From assembly GCA_041918515.1 (NCBI GenBank), contig JAYRVO010000064.1:23050-87049 (forward strand): a stretch of 64,000 bases of DNA, written 5' to 3'. The notes beneath the pieces are model-generated. The model did not search any database, was not told where the DNA came from, and was given only the letters and a program-made list of their open reading frames with translations. Shown here piece by piece: positions 62,894-64,000 of this stretch. This stretch comes from Chloroflexota bacterium (GTDB lineage Bacteria > Chloroflexota > Anaerolineae > J102). Every line of letters begins with the position of its first letter. The stretch's first letter is position 1. The position numbers and the translations under genes were made by a program.

Positions 62894-63622
62894 TCATACG
62901 TAATGCACCCAATCGGGCGTGGCCGCCGGCGGAGTGTACACCCCGCGCATCGTCGCTGGCAGCAGTCCGGCCAATTCCTGCATGGCGAAATCAGTGACAA
63001 CGGCCTCGGCCTCCCGCCGCGGCAACCCGGCCGGCATCTCCACGCGATACGGTCTCCCCCACCGCATGGCAATGGGCGTCCGTCGACCGCGTTTCAAGGT
63101 GACAGGAAAGTCCTCCGTGCCCCACACAGCCACCGGCAACAACACAGCCGGTGTGCGCCGCACCAGGAAGGCCATCCCCCGTCGGCCCATTTGCAGCGAA
63201 AAATCGACCTGATTGCGCGTGCCTTCCGGCGCGATCAACAGCGCGTGGCCATGCTCCAACACCTGTTGACTGGCCCGCAGCGCGTCCACATCGGCCTGGC
63301 CGCGCGCCACGAGGATGACGCCGAAGCTGGGGATGAAGCGACCGATGAACGGGATGTCGATGGACTCCTGCTTGCCCAGGGGCGCTGTGTAGCGCAGATG
63401 GTACAGGCTGGCCATGATCACAGCGGGATCGGTATAGTGGATGTGGTTGTAATAGATGATCAGCGGCCCTGTCCGCGGCACTCGCTCGCGTCCCTCCTCT
63501 TCGATGCGCATGAGCAGGTGCACCAGCCGATACAAGGTAAAGAACCAAAAGCGCCGGCTGAACCGCCGGGTGACGATTTCGGGGTGAACGGCGTCGAAAG
63601 GACTGTAGGTCGAGTCAGTCAT
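62894..63622 (-). CDS. plsC: 1-acyl-sn-glycerol-3-phosphate acyltransferase
   Basis: NHIHYTDP (HxxxxD) and APEGTR motifs. Confidence 0.8.
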   Translation of the reverse strand: MTDSTYSPFDAVHPEIVTRRFSRRFWFFTLYRLVHLLMRIEEEGRERVPRTGPLIIYYNHIHYTDPAVIMASLYHLRYTAPLGKQESIDIPFIGRFIPSFGVILVARGQADVDALRASQQVLEHGHALLIAPEGTRNQVDFSLQMGRRGMAFLVRRTPAVLLPVAVWGTEDFPVTLKRGRRTPIAMRWGRPYRVEMPAGLPRREAEAVVTDFAMQELAGLLPATMRGVYTPPAATPDWVHYV

Positions 63623-64000
63623 GGCGCGAGGGAGGAGTCAGCAGAACGAGTTGGGGCAGGCGCGCGTCGATCAAAGCCAGGATGGCTTCCACCACCTGGG
63701 CGATGGTTAGATCATCGGTGTCGATGACCACAGCATCGGGCGCGGCGCGCAAAGGGGAGGCCGCGCGGTGGCTATCGATGTCATCGCGCTGGCGCACCCC
63801 GGCCAGGATGCTCTCGTAGTCGGCAGGCTGGCCGCGCTGAATTAGTTCGCGATAACGCCGCCGCGCCCGCTCGGCGGGCGACGCATCCAGATAGATTTTC
63901 AATGGCGCTTCGGGGAAAACCACCGTGCCGATATCTCGCCCGACCATGACCACCCGCCCGGCGATGGCAATCCGGCGTTGCTGCCGCACCATTGCTTTGC
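63615..64000 (-). CDS. cmk: cytidylate kinase, C-terminal part (5' end beyond window)
   Basis: GRDIGTVVFPEAPLKIYLDASPAERARRRY and the ..IDT..L..VV. pattern of Cmk. Overlaps the plsC start. Confidence 0.75.
   Translation of the reverse strand, partial: KAMVRQQRRIAIAGRVVMVGRDIGTVVFPEAPLKIYLDASPAERARRRYRELIQRGQPADYESILAGVRQRDDIDSHRAASPLRAAPDAVVIDTDDLTIAQVVEAILALIDARLPQLVLLTPPSRHD

Overview
This is a high-GC (~65%) bacterial chromosomal window. From gene content and the pervasive short GC-rich tandem repeats I infer a Chloroflexota-like organism; no database search was possible.

Core genes recognised from conserved motifs:
- A histidine operon, hisD(partial)-hisC-hisB-hisH-hisA-hisF-hisI-hisE, interrupted by accessory genes: brnTA, a DUF4160/DUF2442 pair, an orphan MNT nucleotidyltransferase, bioY, fic and a GNAT gene.
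- Tandem LysM/Gmad2 paralogs, guaB, and a purine block (PurS-like/purL fusion, ydeI-like, purQ, purA).
- A uroporphyrinogen decarboxylase (URO-D) family gene, an alpha/beta hydrolase, and an Opp/Dpp-type ABC transporter (binding protein, two permeases, fused double ATPase).
- CBS/ACT protein, sugar-phosphate isomerase, a PcaB-like lyase, a GH13-like giant glycosidase, a GT1 glycosyltransferase, PhoD, thrC, rnc, an RmlD-like reductase, smc, a DMT transporter, rsmI, a sulfatase, dtd, glmS preceded by a clear glmS ribozyme, plsC and cmk(partial).

Accessory and unusual content:
- At least nine type II toxin-antitoxin (TA)-like modules. Five sit in a same-strand cassette array directly after purA. 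Each cassette is bounded by re-iterated copies of the purA 3' end and/or a purB-like 5' start; no intact purB follows.
- The same pattern, a cassette flanked upstream by a duplicated 5' fragment of the downstream housekeeping gene, recurs at hisB (MNT cassette) and purQ (PIN/antitoxin cassette).
- A Prx/redoxin-like ORF with an in-frame TGA exactly at the catalytic Cys position (T-U-P-H-C), a selenoprotein candidate with a downstream hairpin.
- A genome-style family of 7-8-nt tandem repeats forming long intergenic hairpins, several inserted in-frame into CDSs (purL, purQ, hisC, GH13, GT, sulfatase).
- A ~54-nt GC-rich element encoding PRAEPLGLS(L)GTKPRDEA present in-frame in three unrelated minus-strand genes.
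- An 83-bp x4.6 tandem array upstream of purL, and a 100-bp x3.4 tandem array between dtd and glmS with internal 12-bp inverted repeats.

No rRNA, tRNA or CRISPR was found. Many long antisense ORFs in the six-frame track are GC-frame artefacts.
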